DNA of 47,188 nt from Rhodospirillaceae bacterium (lineage in GTDB: Bacteria > Pseudomonadota > Alphaproteobacteria > Rhodospirillales > Rhodospirillaceae). The notes under the pieces are model-generated. The model saw only the letters and a program-made list of their open reading frames with translations. It was not told the DNA's origin and made no database searches. Within the stretch, counting starts at the first letter, position 1, and every line of letters begins with the position of its first letter. The position numbers were made by a program, and so were the translations under genes. Positions 29,124-38,693 of the stretch are shown in pieces. Location of the stretch: the NCBI GenBank assembly GCA_002691085.1, contig NZGX01000046.1:2364-49551 (forward strand), written 5' to 3'.

Positions 29124-29879
29124 TTATAAGAACATATCTCCACCATTTGGACTAATGACTTGACCAATGTAATGCCTTGACTCATCACTTGCTAAAAAAA
29201 CATAACTTGGAATTATATCATCAACCTCAGCAAGCCTTCCAAGCGGTATTGCCTGACGAATACCCTCTAGAATATCATCAGGAACATCTTGAAGCATAGC
29301 AGTTCTTGTCGCTCCAGGAGCAACGGCATTAACATTAATTCCTTTTGGGGCTGCCTCTAAAGCAAGAGTTCTAGTAAATGTAACAATTGCACCTTTAGCT
29401 GCAGTATAATGAGCAAAGCCTGCAGCCCCTAAATAAGCTAGCTGAGAGGCTGTATTAATTATTTTACCCTGTCCTCTTTTATACATACCTGGTAATACAT
29501 ACTTACACGTGAGAAAGGTGCCTTTAAGGTGTACATCAATAACCCTATCCCATGTTTCAACCTCTATGTTTTCAACCGGAGCTGCGGCTGCAATGCCAGC
29601 ATTATTTACAAGTATGTCTATATTCTCAAATTTACCCTCTGATACTTTTATCATTTCCTTAACAGCTGAAGAGTCAGCTACATCGGCTTCAATAATTATA
29701 GATTTTACTTTATTTTTTTCTAATTCCTTTTTTAACTCCAACGCTTCTGCCTCTGAAGACGAATCTGGATAATTTATAATTACATTTGCGCCAAGAGAAG
29801 CAAAGGCTTTTGCTACCCCAGCACCTATACCTCTATTAGATCCAGTTATAAGGGCAGTCAAGCCATCAAGTTTACTCAT
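29124..29879 (-). CDS. SDR oxidoreductase (FabG-like)
   Basis: 251 aa with TGSNRGIG, NNAG and YTAAK motifs. Confidence 0.85.
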   Translation of the reverse strand: MSKLDGLTALITGSNRGIGAGVAKAFASLGANVIINYPDSSSEAEALELKKELEKNKVKSIIIEADVADSSAVKEMIKVSEGKFENIDILVNNAGIAAAAPVENIEVETWDRVIDVHLKGTFLTCKYVLPGMYKRGQGKIINTASQLAYLGAAGFAHYTAAKGAIVTFTRTLALEAAPKGINVNAVAPGATRTAMLQDVPDDILEGIRQAIPLGRLAEVDDIIPSYVFLASDESRHYIGQVISPNGGDMFL

Positions 29880-29897
29880 AAAACTTCCTCTCGTTTT

Positions 29898-30731
29898 TTA
29901 ATTTCTATTGTAATCGTAGACAACTTTTAAACCAGGCATCACCCAAGATGTTTGCCACCTGTATCCCCCAAGGACATGAGTGGGTGTCAAATCACCTAGT
30001 TCTTCATTGTCTGCATCGAGATTAAACTTTAATGAAGCCTTACCCTTAACAAAATCTTTTGCAGTACTTTTTTCAAGAATCATTTGCGTTAAGTCATGAA
30101 CTAAGGGCTTCCCTTTTGGTGGTATATTAAAATCTGGAATATGTCTTTCTGATAAAAGTGGGAAAGTACTTGTAAAAAATTTCATTTCTTCTGATGTTAT
30201 ATTCATCTCCGGGGTATAGCCGATATTAATAAGCTGCTCACCATTTCTTGAAACTGTTCTGGTAAACTCTGTCCCCAATTTTCCTGTCTGATTATGATTA
30301 ACATCTGCAAACAATGGGTGAACTCCATTATCTAAGAATGAGGCTTGCTTTGCGCATGTTCCTATCATCCAGCTTAAAATTACTAACCAATCCTTATCAC
30401 ACCATTGAAAAGCACTAATCAAGACCTCTTTATCGTTAAATAAACCAGGTACGGCAATAACACATACATTATATTGAGTGCGAGCAGGATTTTTTATATT
30501 TGATATTTCTTCCTCATTCTGAGGATAGCATTTAAGATTTGGCGTCCATAGAAAAACTTCACCCTTTCTATCTGGGTTGGGTTTTATCGGTAAAGGTAAA
30601 TAAGAATTGATAACATCTGGGTCAGATTTAAAATGAATCATAACCTGATCAGCAGCAAAAACCCAGGGAAGTGAAGGAAGTGCAGAAGCTCTCCCCTTCG
30701 GTGAAAAAGGTCTTGTAAATCCTTTTCTCAT
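29898..30731 (-). CDS. Acetoacetate decarboxylase (ADC) family protein
   Basis: 277 aa. N-terminal SPKG...LP-x-PW pattern and C-terminal VVYDY tail resemble the ADC fold family. Assigned from memory, not searched. Confidence 0.5.
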   Translation of the reverse strand: MRKGFTRPFSPKGRASALPSLPWVFAADQVMIHFKSDPDVINSYLPLPIKPNPDRKGEVFLWTPNLKCYPQNEEEISNIKNPARTQYNVCVIAVPGLFNDKEVLISAFQWCDKDWLVILSWMIGTCAKQASFLDNGVHPLFADVNHNQTGKLGTEFTRTVSRNGEQLINIGYTPEMNITSEEMKFFTSTFPLLSERHIPDFNIPPKGKPLVHDLTQMILEKSTAKDFVKGKASLKFNLDADNEELGDLTPTHVLGGYRWQTSWVMPGLKVVYDYNRN

Positions 30732-30756
30732 TAGCTAATAGTCCAAGAATAAAAAT

Positions 30757-31929
30757 TCATAAAGTAACAACCTTATTAACTTTTTGGTTTTCATTAAAAC
30801 GATCGATTTGCTGTTTTGTAGCTTCTTCATGACTTGCCTTAAAGTCTTTCTGAGAAGACCTAACCCATTCATTAGACTGCTCTCTTTGAGAATTGAGCTG
30901 CTTGAAGTAAGGAAACACATACCTGGCTACCATTTCATATGATTTTAATTTTAGATCAAATGGAGCCCAATTATGATCAGTTATTAAAAAAGAACCAAAA
31001 CCACCATTTGATGAATTCCATAAAGTTTCAATCTGTTTAATTACGTCATCAGGGGTTCCAATCGCAGCCATTCCACTTTCAATTAGATGCGAAACAGGGT
31101 CACTCCTCCTATCTTTTGGAACCATTGGTATAACAGCAACATCTTCAAAATACTGTATCCATTCTTCCAAGCCAAACTGAACATCTTCAATGGCCTTCTG
31201 TCGGGTTTCAGCAACATGCACCATACCAATCATCCTCCATGACCCTCGGTCCATTGAATGTCCATAATTTGATGCTGTATCACAGGCAATATCCCAATTA
31301 GTTCCCGCAACATTTAGTGCAGGCGCAGCTGTTGCACTCATTGACATTAAACCTGTTCCGTATTTTCCAGCAGCGCGTGGGCCAGATGGGGACATCATTG
31401 AAGCTGTTACAACTTCAATTTTCTCATTTGCATATGGCTTCATTTGCAACCTTGCTTCTTTGAGCTCATACCAATCTGTTTTATTGGTTACAACCTCGCC
31501 ATTAAATAATTTTAAAATATCTCCCAAAGATTCTTCCATCATATCTCTTTGTTTTTTCGTTTCTATTCCCATCATTTTAGCATCAGAAACCAGAGCTCCA
31601 GGACCAACTCCAAGCATGGCTCTTCCTTGGGTCATATGATGCAATTGTATAAACCTATCCGCGAAAATTAGTGGATGATGATATGGTAAAGAGGAGACAC
31701 CTGTACCTAATTTAATTCGTTTTGTTCGATAATGTGCTGCTAAAATCATCAACTCAGGAGATGAATATAATTCTGTACCGGCTGAATGATGTTCACCAAA
31801 CCAAGCTTCATCATATCCCCAAGAGTCCATACTCTCAACTAGTTGAATATCTCGCTCAATACATAAGCTTGGATTTTCCCTAATTGGGTGTATTGGCGGT
31901 ATAAAAGTTCCAAACTTAAGAGAATCCAT
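30757..31929 (-). CDS. LLM-class (luciferase-like) flavin-dependent monooxygenase
   Basis: 390 aa. The N-terminal motif FGTFIPP...GYDEAWFGEHHS is typical of the LimB-like LLM subgroup. Confidence 0.8.
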   Translation of the reverse strand: MDSLKFGTFIPPIHPIRENPSLCIERDIQLVESMDSWGYDEAWFGEHHSAGTELYSSPELMILAAHYRTKRIKLGTGVSSLPYHHPLIFADRFIQLHHMTQGRAMLGVGPGALVSDAKMMGIETKKQRDMMEESLGDILKLFNGEVVTNKTDWYELKEARLQMKPYANEKIEVVTASMMSPSGPRAAGKYGTGLMSMSATAAPALNVAGTNWDIACDTASNYGHSMDRGSWRMIGMVHVAETRQKAIEDVQFGLEEWIQYFEDVAVIPMVPKDRRSDPVSHLIESGMAAIGTPDDVIKQIETLWNSSNGGFGSFLITDHNWAPFDLKLKSYEMVARYVFPYFKQLNSQREQSNEWVRSSQKDFKASHEEATKQQIDRFNENQKVNKVVTL

Positions 31930-32102
31930 AGCATTATCCTCGATATTGGCATTCGAATTATTACTTGAACTATATCTGTAAATATTTAATTACAAAAAAT
32001 CTTATACAGTCTATTATTCTATTTACTTTTAATAAAGAAAAACTTGAAATAATAAATCTGAAAAGTAAATAATATTTTTTTTTAATAAGTATTAGGAGAG
32101 TA

Positions 32103-32393
32103 TTGATGCACAGACATACAGTCCTGTTTAATTTAAAAGATGCTAGTAATTCAGAAGATGTTATTAATAAACTTAGAGAACTTGAAAAGCTACCAACTGT
32201 TGAAGCAATGGTAATTGAGAAAAATATTGTTCCAATAGGCGAACATAGCCCTTATGAATGGTGCTTAATCGGAGACTTTGCAGACCTAGAAGCCAGAGAT
32301 TCGTATGAAAAACATGAAATACATGTTGATATAATAAAAGGTACTTTTTTACCAAACGTAAAGGACTTTATTATGTCAGATATTAACTTTTAG
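32103..32393 (+). CDS. Dabb (stress-responsive alpha/beta barrel) domain protein
   Basis: 96 aa with HTVLFNLK at the N-terminus and a Y-x-x-H-x-x-H region. AGGAGA RBS upstream. ATG at 32106 is the likelier start. Confidence 0.7.
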   Translation: MMHRHTVLFNLKDASNSEDVINKLRELEKLPTVEAMVIEKNIVPIGEHSPYEWCLIGDFADLEARDSYEKHEIHVDIIKGTFLPNVKDFIMSDINF

Positions 32394-33937
32394 TGCATTA
32401 CCCCGATCTATTTAAATATTTAAAATTAATTATATCATGCAAAATTGTAACGTTATTTTTTCTTGCATGTGTAATAATTAATGGATTAGCTGCCAAAGCT
32501 ATTGCCGAAATGAATACTTTAAGGATTGGAACTGTTGCTATCCCTCCATCTGTAGGGAATCCATATCGAAATACTGGACCGCCACACCTTTTCACATGGT
32601 CAGCAACTTTTGATGGACTAACAAGGTTTAATAAATACGGAGAATTAATACAGTGGCTTGCAATAAGTTGGGAAAATGTAGATAAACTAACATGGAGAAT
32701 TCATCTTAGAGATAAAGTAACCTTTTCTAATGGTGAAAAATTTACATCTGAAAGTGTAATTACATCAATTAATTATTTATTGAGTAGCAAATCTTCTAAA
32801 GAAGCAGTTGCAAGAGAATTTGATTACATCAGATCAGTAAGATCTATAAATGAATTAACCATAGAAATAACTACAAAGAGCGCAATTCCATTCCTTCCAA
32901 GAACGCTACCTATATTGCATATAGTAGAACCCAAATCATGGAAAAAACTTGGACCTGAAGGTTTCTCAAAAGAACCTGTAGGTACGGGGCCTTTTAAACT
33001 AATTTCTTATTCACCAGGTATATTAAAATATGAATCCTTTGACTCTTCATGGAGGGCACCCAATATATCTAAGTTAGAGCTGATTGCTGTTCCTGATTCT
33101 TTTTCAAGAGCACAAGGTGTGGCCTCAGGACAATTAGATATTGCAATTAGTATTGGGCCAGATGAAGCCAATTTAATAAAAAATAATGGTGGTAAAGCAT
33201 TGAGCTGGCCTTCTGCAAGTTTGTGGGCTATCAACTTCCATCATCAACAAAATGGACCGTTTGATAATATTCTGGTCAGAAAAGCTATAAACCTTGCAAT
33301 AGATAGATCATCACTGATTGATAATCTTCTTGAGGGGAAAACCTCAATTGCATCGCAACCCGCTCCAAGAATTGCTTTTGGTTATAATAATACTCTTGAA
33401 GAAATCCAGTATGACCCACTTAAAGCAAAAACATTACTTACTCAGGCAGGTTATCCAAATGGATTTAAATTTGTAGTCCAAGGCGTTTTAGGAGCTGGCG
33501 CAAACCATTCCGCAATGTATCAAAAAGTTTCTCAAGACCTTCTCAAGGTAGGAGTAACCATGGAAATACATCCAATTCCAATATCACAATTAATCAGAGG
33601 TGTGATGAAGGGTGAGTGGAAAGGAGATGCTTTTGGCTCAACCTATGCCACAGAACCAACTCTTGATGTGCTTCGACCACTAAGAAACCATTCTTGTTTG
33701 TGGTCACACCCATGGTATTGCAACCAGAAAATAATGCCAAAAATAAAAGATGCACTTAAAACCTTTGATATTAATAAAGCACTTAAACTTCGTCATGAAA
33801 TTATGAGCTTTTATAGGAATGAATGGGTTTCTTTATTTCTTTATGAAAGTGTACGATTTGCTGGTACGAAGGATTATGTGAATGGTTTTTCTGAAGAAAA
33901 TGGATTCATCAATTATGAGAAAATTTATTTTAAATGA
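32393..33937 (+). CDS. ABC transporter substrate-binding protein, family 5 (peptide/nickel/opine type)
   Basis: 514 aa with a GTG start overlapping the Dabb stop. Has a signal peptide and family-5 SBP length and pattern. There are no permease or ATPase genes in the window. Confidence 0.8.
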   Translation: MHYPDLFKYLKLIISCKIVTLFFLACVIINGLAAKAIAEMNTLRIGTVAIPPSVGNPYRNTGPPHLFTWSATFDGLTRFNKYGELIQWLAISWENVDKLTWRIHLRDKVTFSNGEKFTSESVITSINYLLSSKSSKEAVAREFDYIRSVRSINELTIEITTKSAIPFLPRTLPILHIVEPKSWKKLGPEGFSKEPVGTGPFKLISYSPGILKYESFDSSWRAPNISKLELIAVPDSFSRAQGVASGQLDIAISIGPDEANLIKNNGGKALSWPSASLWAINFHHQQNGPFDNILVRKAINLAIDRSSLIDNLLEGKTSIASQPAPRIAFGYNNTLEEIQYDPLKAKTLLTQAGYPNGFKFVVQGVLGAGANHSAMYQKVSQDLLKVGVTMEIHPIPISQLIRGVMKGEWKGDAFGSTYATEPTLDVLRPLRNHSCLWSHPWYCNQKIMPKIKDALKTFDINKALKLRHEIMSFYRNEWVSLFLYESVRFAGTKDYVNGFSEENGFINYEKIYFK

Positions 33938-33955
33938 TTATTAATATAAACAATC

Positions 33956-34660
33956 TTATATTATTTCTATTTCTTTCATTTTCTTTACCTTATCTTCCGC
34001 TCCTGAACGTTTATAATATGGAATAGACTTGTAAACTCTAGGCGGTATTTTACCGTCAAGAGGTCTATTTGCAGCCTCCCTTTCATTACCATGACCCTCC
34101 ACTTCAGAAACAATTGTCTCTGCATGTTCTTGAGGAACAACCACAACTCCGTCCTCATCACCTAGGATTAAATCACCTGGGCAAACAATGACTCCTCCAC
34201 AAACTATAGGAACATTAATCCAACCGGGTTGTTCCATTCCTCTTGAGACAGAAACTGTCCCCCTGCAGAATAATGGTATGCCTTCCCTTTTTCTAATAAC
34301 CTCACCAGTAAGGACGTAACCATCTGCAACGATACCTGCACCACCCATTTCTTTAAAACCACTTACCATAGTAGCACCCAAGCAGGCACCTTTTTCCTGA
34401 CCAGCGGCGTCAATCACAATAACATCACCTGGTTTTACATACTTACTTGACAATTGGGTCATCAACAAATCATCAGATTGCTCCGGCCTCACAGTTAAAG
34501 CTGGGCCACATATTCTCCATGATCTTTCGAGGGGCTTAATACCAGGGTCCATCACATACCTTGGGCCCACCCGGCCACCAACGATACAAAAATATAGACC
34601 CGATGCCCTTTTAAGAAGGTCAGGATCAGGACGGTCAAAATCTTGTATTATTTTATACAT
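33956..34660 (-). CDS. RraA-family protein (RraA / HMG-CHA aldolase-like), divergent active site
   Basis: 234 aa. Contains GPALTV, GDVIVID, LG-x-x-M and GIVADG motifs, with a C-terminal GDLILGDEDGVVVVP motif. Confidence 0.75.
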   Translation of the reverse strand: MYKIIQDFDRPDPDLLKRASGLYFCIVGGRVGPRYVMDPGIKPLERSWRICGPALTVRPEQSDDLLMTQLSSKYVKPGDVIVIDAAGQEKGACLGATMVSGFKEMGGAGIVADGYVLTGEVIRKREGIPLFCRGTVSVSRGMEQPGWINVPIVCGGVIVCPGDLILGDEDGVVVVPQEHAETIVSEVEGHGNEREAANRPLDGKIPPRVYKSIPYYKRSGAEDKVKKMKEIEII

Positions 34661-34697
34661 ATATATAATTATACATAAATTACTAAAAAATTAAATA

Positions 34698-35921
34698 TTA
34701 GCTTAACCTATCTGCATATCCTGCCATGGTCATTCTATAGCGAAAATTCGCTTCTATATTTTTGTTAAGGAATTCTAAATGAGGTATTTCCTCACTAAAT
34801 CGAGAACTAAAAGAAGTATCCGTATATAAACCATATTTATGATTCTCTTCCAATTGCTTATCAACGATAGGCTTTTCAGAAAATTCAAATTCTTTAAGAC
34901 AATTTATAACCAACTCAATATTATGCATATCCTGAGGCTCAGGAAGAAAATCAAGAAGTTTAGCTGCGCACCTTATACCAAAATTCATTCCCTGACCCCG
35001 TGCGGGATGAATCGTATGAGATGCATCCCCAATAAGAACAGTGTTACCTTTTACCCAACTATCTGCCTCTCTTCTAATTACTGGATAAAATCCTGCTACC
35101 TCCGTTTCAATGTTCATTAATTGCTCGGATCTTTTAGCAATTAAATTCCTTCTTTCCTCTAAAGAAGATTTCTTCCAAGTTGAAATATCTTCTTTTTCAA
35201 TCGCAAGCCCGATTTTCCATTGACCACCCATTCTTGGTATTCTACTTACACCACCCACTGGAGAAATATAATTTATAATTTCATTTCGCGGGTCCTTTAA
35301 CTCTCCCTTAGGACCAAATAACACTACAAAAGGTTTTGTATAATTGTATGACTTAGACACTTTAAACCCACACGCACTTCTAAACCTTGAAGATCTCCCA
35401 TCACAAGCAATAGTTAATTTAGGCTTGATAGTAATTTTTTCCTTTTTTTGGTTACTAACAATAACTTCCTTTACTCCGCCATGTGTTTCTTTTGCAATAA
35501 CTATTTTATCAAGAGATACTGGTCGCAAAAGTTTGTAATTATATTTAGATTCGTTTAACGCTAAATTCAAGGACACAGATGCAATTAACTCATGGTTTAG
35601 AATAATGAAATATGGAAAAGGTATTGGTAAATCATCAACAGATGAATGATGAATTAATTCACCATTACTATTAAACCACTTTGCGCCAAGTCTTTTTTCT
35701 GCACCAGCATCAAAGAAATATTTGAGAATATCCCACTTATCTAAAACCTCAACAACCCTTGGGCCCAGATGATCGCCTCTTGCAGTATCCAAATTACTTT
35801 TTGAATTTTCAATTTGGACAATTGAATATCCTTTTTTTCTAAGTCCTGCAGCAATAGTAGCACCTGCTATTCCTGCACCAACAATTAATATATCAGGTGA
35901 ATAGTTTTTCTCATTGCTCAC
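34698..35921 (-). CDS. FAD-dependent aromatic-ring-type monooxygenase (UbiH/PHBH family)
   Basis: 407 aa with DILIVGAGIAGA, a DG motif (CDGRSSRFR) and a GD motif (GDASHTIHPARGQGMN). Confidence 0.8.
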   Translation of the reverse strand: MSNEKNYSPDILIVGAGIAGATIAAGLRKKGYSIVQIENSKSNLDTARGDHLGPRVVEVLDKWDILKYFFDAGAEKRLGAKWFNSNGELIHHSSVDDLPIPFPYFIILNHELIASVSLNLALNESKYNYKLLRPVSLDKIVIAKETHGGVKEVIVSNQKKEKITIKPKLTIACDGRSSRFRSACGFKVSKSYNYTKPFVVLFGPKGELKDPRNEIINYISPVGGVSRIPRMGGQWKIGLAIEKEDISTWKKSSLEERRNLIAKRSEQLMNIETEVAGFYPVIRREADSWVKGNTVLIGDASHTIHPARGQGMNFGIRCAAKLLDFLPEPQDMHNIELVINCLKEFEFSEKPIVDKQLEENHKYGLYTDTSFSSRFSEEIPHLEFLNKNIEANFRYRMTMAGYADRLS

Positions 35922-35981
35922 AAATTATTTCTTTCATTAAATTTAGAAAATTATGAATTATTTTAATTTTTTTGAAAAACG

Positions 35982-36818
35982 CTAGTGCATTTCCTCTCCG
36001 CCTGAAACATTAATACTTTCGCCAGTAATGTATTCGGCGTAATCAGATGCCAAAAAAACACATGTATTTGCAGTATCGTTAACTTTACCAACTCTCCCTA
36101 ATGGTATTTTATTTTTTCTAAAAGATAACACACCCTCAATATCAGTACCCAAGACTTTTCCTCTTCTCTCATTCTGAACAGCACCTAGATCTGTTGTTAC
36201 ATGATTTGGACAAATAGCATTAACTGTTATACCATATTCTCCTAACTCCAATGCCGCGGTCCTTGTCAAACCTACTAAACCATGTTTTGAGGAAGTATAA
36301 TGAGCCAAAAATTGAGCAGGACTTTTTGCTGCCTGACTAGCAATATTAATTATTCTTCCACCATTGGCTTGTTCTATAAACCTTTTAGATACATGTTTTG
36401 TTACCAAAAAAGCCCCCCTTAAATTAACATTCAGAACTATATCCCATTCCTCAATTGTTAAATCTACAAGCGGCTTCATAATAAAGCCCACACCCGCATT
36501 ATTCACAACAATATCAATCTTCTGATAGCTTGTAATGATTTTATCAATTGCACCACAAACTGATTCCTCTGATGTTACATCACAAACCACTGAGTCAACT
36601 CGCTGATTTGTTTCAGAGCTAATAAGCTCTGCAACTTGTTTCATTTCATCTAAAGTCCCTATATGCTCGCTTGGTAAGAGGTTTTTTGTAGAAGTACCTA
36701 CATCAGTAATTATTACTTGAGCACCTTCTTCTGCAAACCTTCTTGCAATCCCTGCACCCAATCCTTTTTTTCTTCCTGCCCCCGTTATCATTGCTACTTT
36801 ATTAGTTAAAAATCCCAA
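35982..36818 (-). CDS. SDR oxidoreductase
   Basis: 278 aa with TGAGRKKGLG, NNAG and YTSSK motifs. Confidence 0.85.
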   Translation of the reverse strand: MGFLTNKVAMITGAGRKKGLGAGIARRFAEEGAQVIITDVGTSTKNLLPSEHIGTLDEMKQVAELISSETNQRVDSVVCDVTSEESVCGAIDKIITSYQKIDIVVNNAGVGFIMKPLVDLTIEEWDIVLNVNLRGAFLVTKHVSKRFIEQANGGRIINIASQAAKSPAQFLAHYTSSKHGLVGLTRTAALELGEYGITVNAICPNHVTTDLGAVQNERRGKVLGTDIEGVLSFRKNKIPLGRVGKVNDTANTCVFLASDYAEYITGESINVSGGEEMH

Positions 36819-36868
36819 TTCATCCTCCTGATATAAAATTATTATTTGATAAAATTATAAGATAAAAT

Positions 36869-37873
36869 TTAATCGCGCCTTGGGTCTTCAATTTCTTTTG
36901 GACTCCAAGGTAATTCAGAAATTTTTCTGGGAGTATAAGATCTCTCTAGCCTTATAAAATCATCATCTACTAAGTCATGGACCGTGGCACTAATAGCATC
37001 TAAAAGGTGATTTTCTTTTGTAACACCAATGATCGGGTTTGCACCTTTATGAATTAACCAAGATATCCCAACCTCGGCTGGTTTTATATTGTACTTTTTT
37101 GCAATAAAAACAACATCATCTAAAACTGGATCGTAAGTATCTCCATAGAGTATATTTTGTACATTTTCATCCTCAGAGCCTCTCTCAGTTTTGGCAGATT
37201 TACTGCCTGCCCTTGCAATTCTTCCCCTTGCAAGGGGGCTCCATGGAATAAGACCCATGCCTTGGTCTTTAATAAAAGGAATTAAGTCTCGCTCATCTTC
37301 TCTATGTAAAAGATTGTAATGATTCTGCATGCAAACAAACCCTTGCCATCCCTGTTCCTTAGCAACTATCTGAGCTTTTGCTAATTGCCAGCAACGCATA
37401 TTTGAAGCCCCAATATAGCGCGCCTTTCCAGATTTTATAACTTGGTGCAACGCATCCATAGTCTCTTCTATTGGGGTCTTTGTATCCCACCTATGGACTT
37501 GATATAAATCAATGCGCTCAACATTTAACCTCTTTAATGAACCATCGATAGAGCTTAAAATATTTTGTTTAGTTAAACCAATTAGATTTGGTGTCTCTGG
37601 GGAAGGATAAAACATTTTTGTAGAAACAATTATTTGATCTCTAAGATTATTCTCCTTTAAGAATCTACCTAAAATCTCTTCACTCTTTCCGCTAGAATAG
37701 ACATTAGCTGTATCAAAAAAATTAATACCCAGATCAAAAGCTTTTTTCATCAACCTCATAGATTGATCACTGCCAACAACCCATTCTCTCCAATTTGGTG
37801 AACCAAAACTCATACACCCTAAGATCACTTTAGAGACTTCCAGTTCAGTATCTCCTAAGAAATTATATTTCAT
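36869..37873 (-). CDS. Aldo/keto reductase
   Basis: 334 aa with LGCMSFG, FDTANVYS, DLYQVHRWD and IGASN motifs. Confidence 0.9.
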   Translation of the reverse strand: MKYNFLGDTELEVSKVILGCMSFGSPNWREWVVGSDQSMRLMKKAFDLGINFFDTANVYSSGKSEEILGRFLKENNLRDQIIVSTKMFYPSPETPNLIGLTKQNILSSIDGSLKRLNVERIDLYQVHRWDTKTPIEETMDALHQVIKSGKARYIGASNMRCWQLAKAQIVAKEQGWQGFVCMQNHYNLLHREDERDLIPFIKDQGMGLIPWSPLARGRIARAGSKSAKTERGSEDENVQNILYGDTYDPVLDDVVFIAKKYNIKPAEVGISWLIHKGANPIIGVTKENHLLDAISATVHDLVDDDFIRLERSYTPRKISELPWSPKEIEDPRRD

Positions 37874-37904
37874 TGAGTTAGTCTCACCTTAGTAATTAAA
37901 AATT

Positions 37905-38669
37905 TCAGAGATCCAAGTATCTCTCTTGCCAGCCATTTATAAGAGGATGTTTTTGGTCAGGGCTAGAATTATCTTTTAAGCCAATAGCATTCATCATTGA
38001 CCAAGCAAGACACATATTTGAAGTAAATACAATAATATTTCTCTCTTTCATAATTTTTTCAACAACACTTAAGCTTGGCATACCTGTTCCTGTCAAAAAC
38101 AATGCATCGACGTTACTTAAGTCAACTTTATACAATGTTTCCAATGCATCTTTAGAAGTTAACTCATAAATAGCTCTTGTATCATCAGAAGAAATTTTAA
38201 TTCTTGTTGCACTTTTTACATCCAAGCCCCTACTAACCCAATAATCTTTGCACATATCAACTGACCACTGTGGGTAAGGAGCACCTATAGCAATTTTAGA
38301 AATTTGCAAAAAATTCATTGCCTGTTCAATCGCTAAACCTGCAGAAATAACTGGATATCCTTTTTCATTAGATAAAAGATCTAAGGCTTTATCTTCCTCA
38401 TCCCTTCCAACGAGATAAGTAGCCGCAGTACAGGCAAAGCCACAAACATCCAACTTAAGGGTATCATATGTTAATAGAGTTTTACCTAGGCTATTAAAAT
38501 ACTCCAAATACCTCTCTTTAGGGTCTTTTCTTTTACTAACGAGACGAGAGGTAATTATAGAAACTTTTCTTGGAAAAAGTGCATACATCTCTGGTTCAAC
38601 TGTTGGGTTTGCTTGTGGAACAGAAACCCCCACCCTACCTAACGAACCATAGTCCCTTTTTACTGACAT
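37905..38669 (-). CDS. Asp/Glu/hydantoin racemase superfamily protein (maleate isomerase / arylmalonate decarboxylase-like)
   Basis: 254 aa. GRVGVSVPQANPTVEPE N-terminus and a first catalytic-Cys motif (GFACTAAT). The second motif reads LTGTGMP, with no Cys. Confidence 0.65.
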   Translation of the reverse strand: MSVKRDYGSLGRVGVSVPQANPTVEPEMYALFPRKVSIITSRLVSKRKDPKERYLEYFNSLGKTLLTYDTLKLDVCGFACTAATYLVGRDEEDKALDLLSNEKGYPVISAGLAIEQAMNFLQISKIAIGAPYPQWSVDMCKDYWVSRGLDVKSATRIKISSDDTRAIYELTSKDALETLYKVDLSNVDALFLTGTGMPSLSVVEKIMKERNIIVFTSNMCLAWSMMNAIGLKDNSSPDQKHPLINGWQERYLDL

Positions 38670-38693
38670 ATTTATAATCCTCCAACCTGCATC

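Noticed and set aside
30735-30920. 61-aa minus-strand ORF overlapping the 3' end of the LLM monooxygenase gene
   Set aside because: It is out of frame with and almost entirely inside the 390-aa LLM gene. It has no RBS or family signal.
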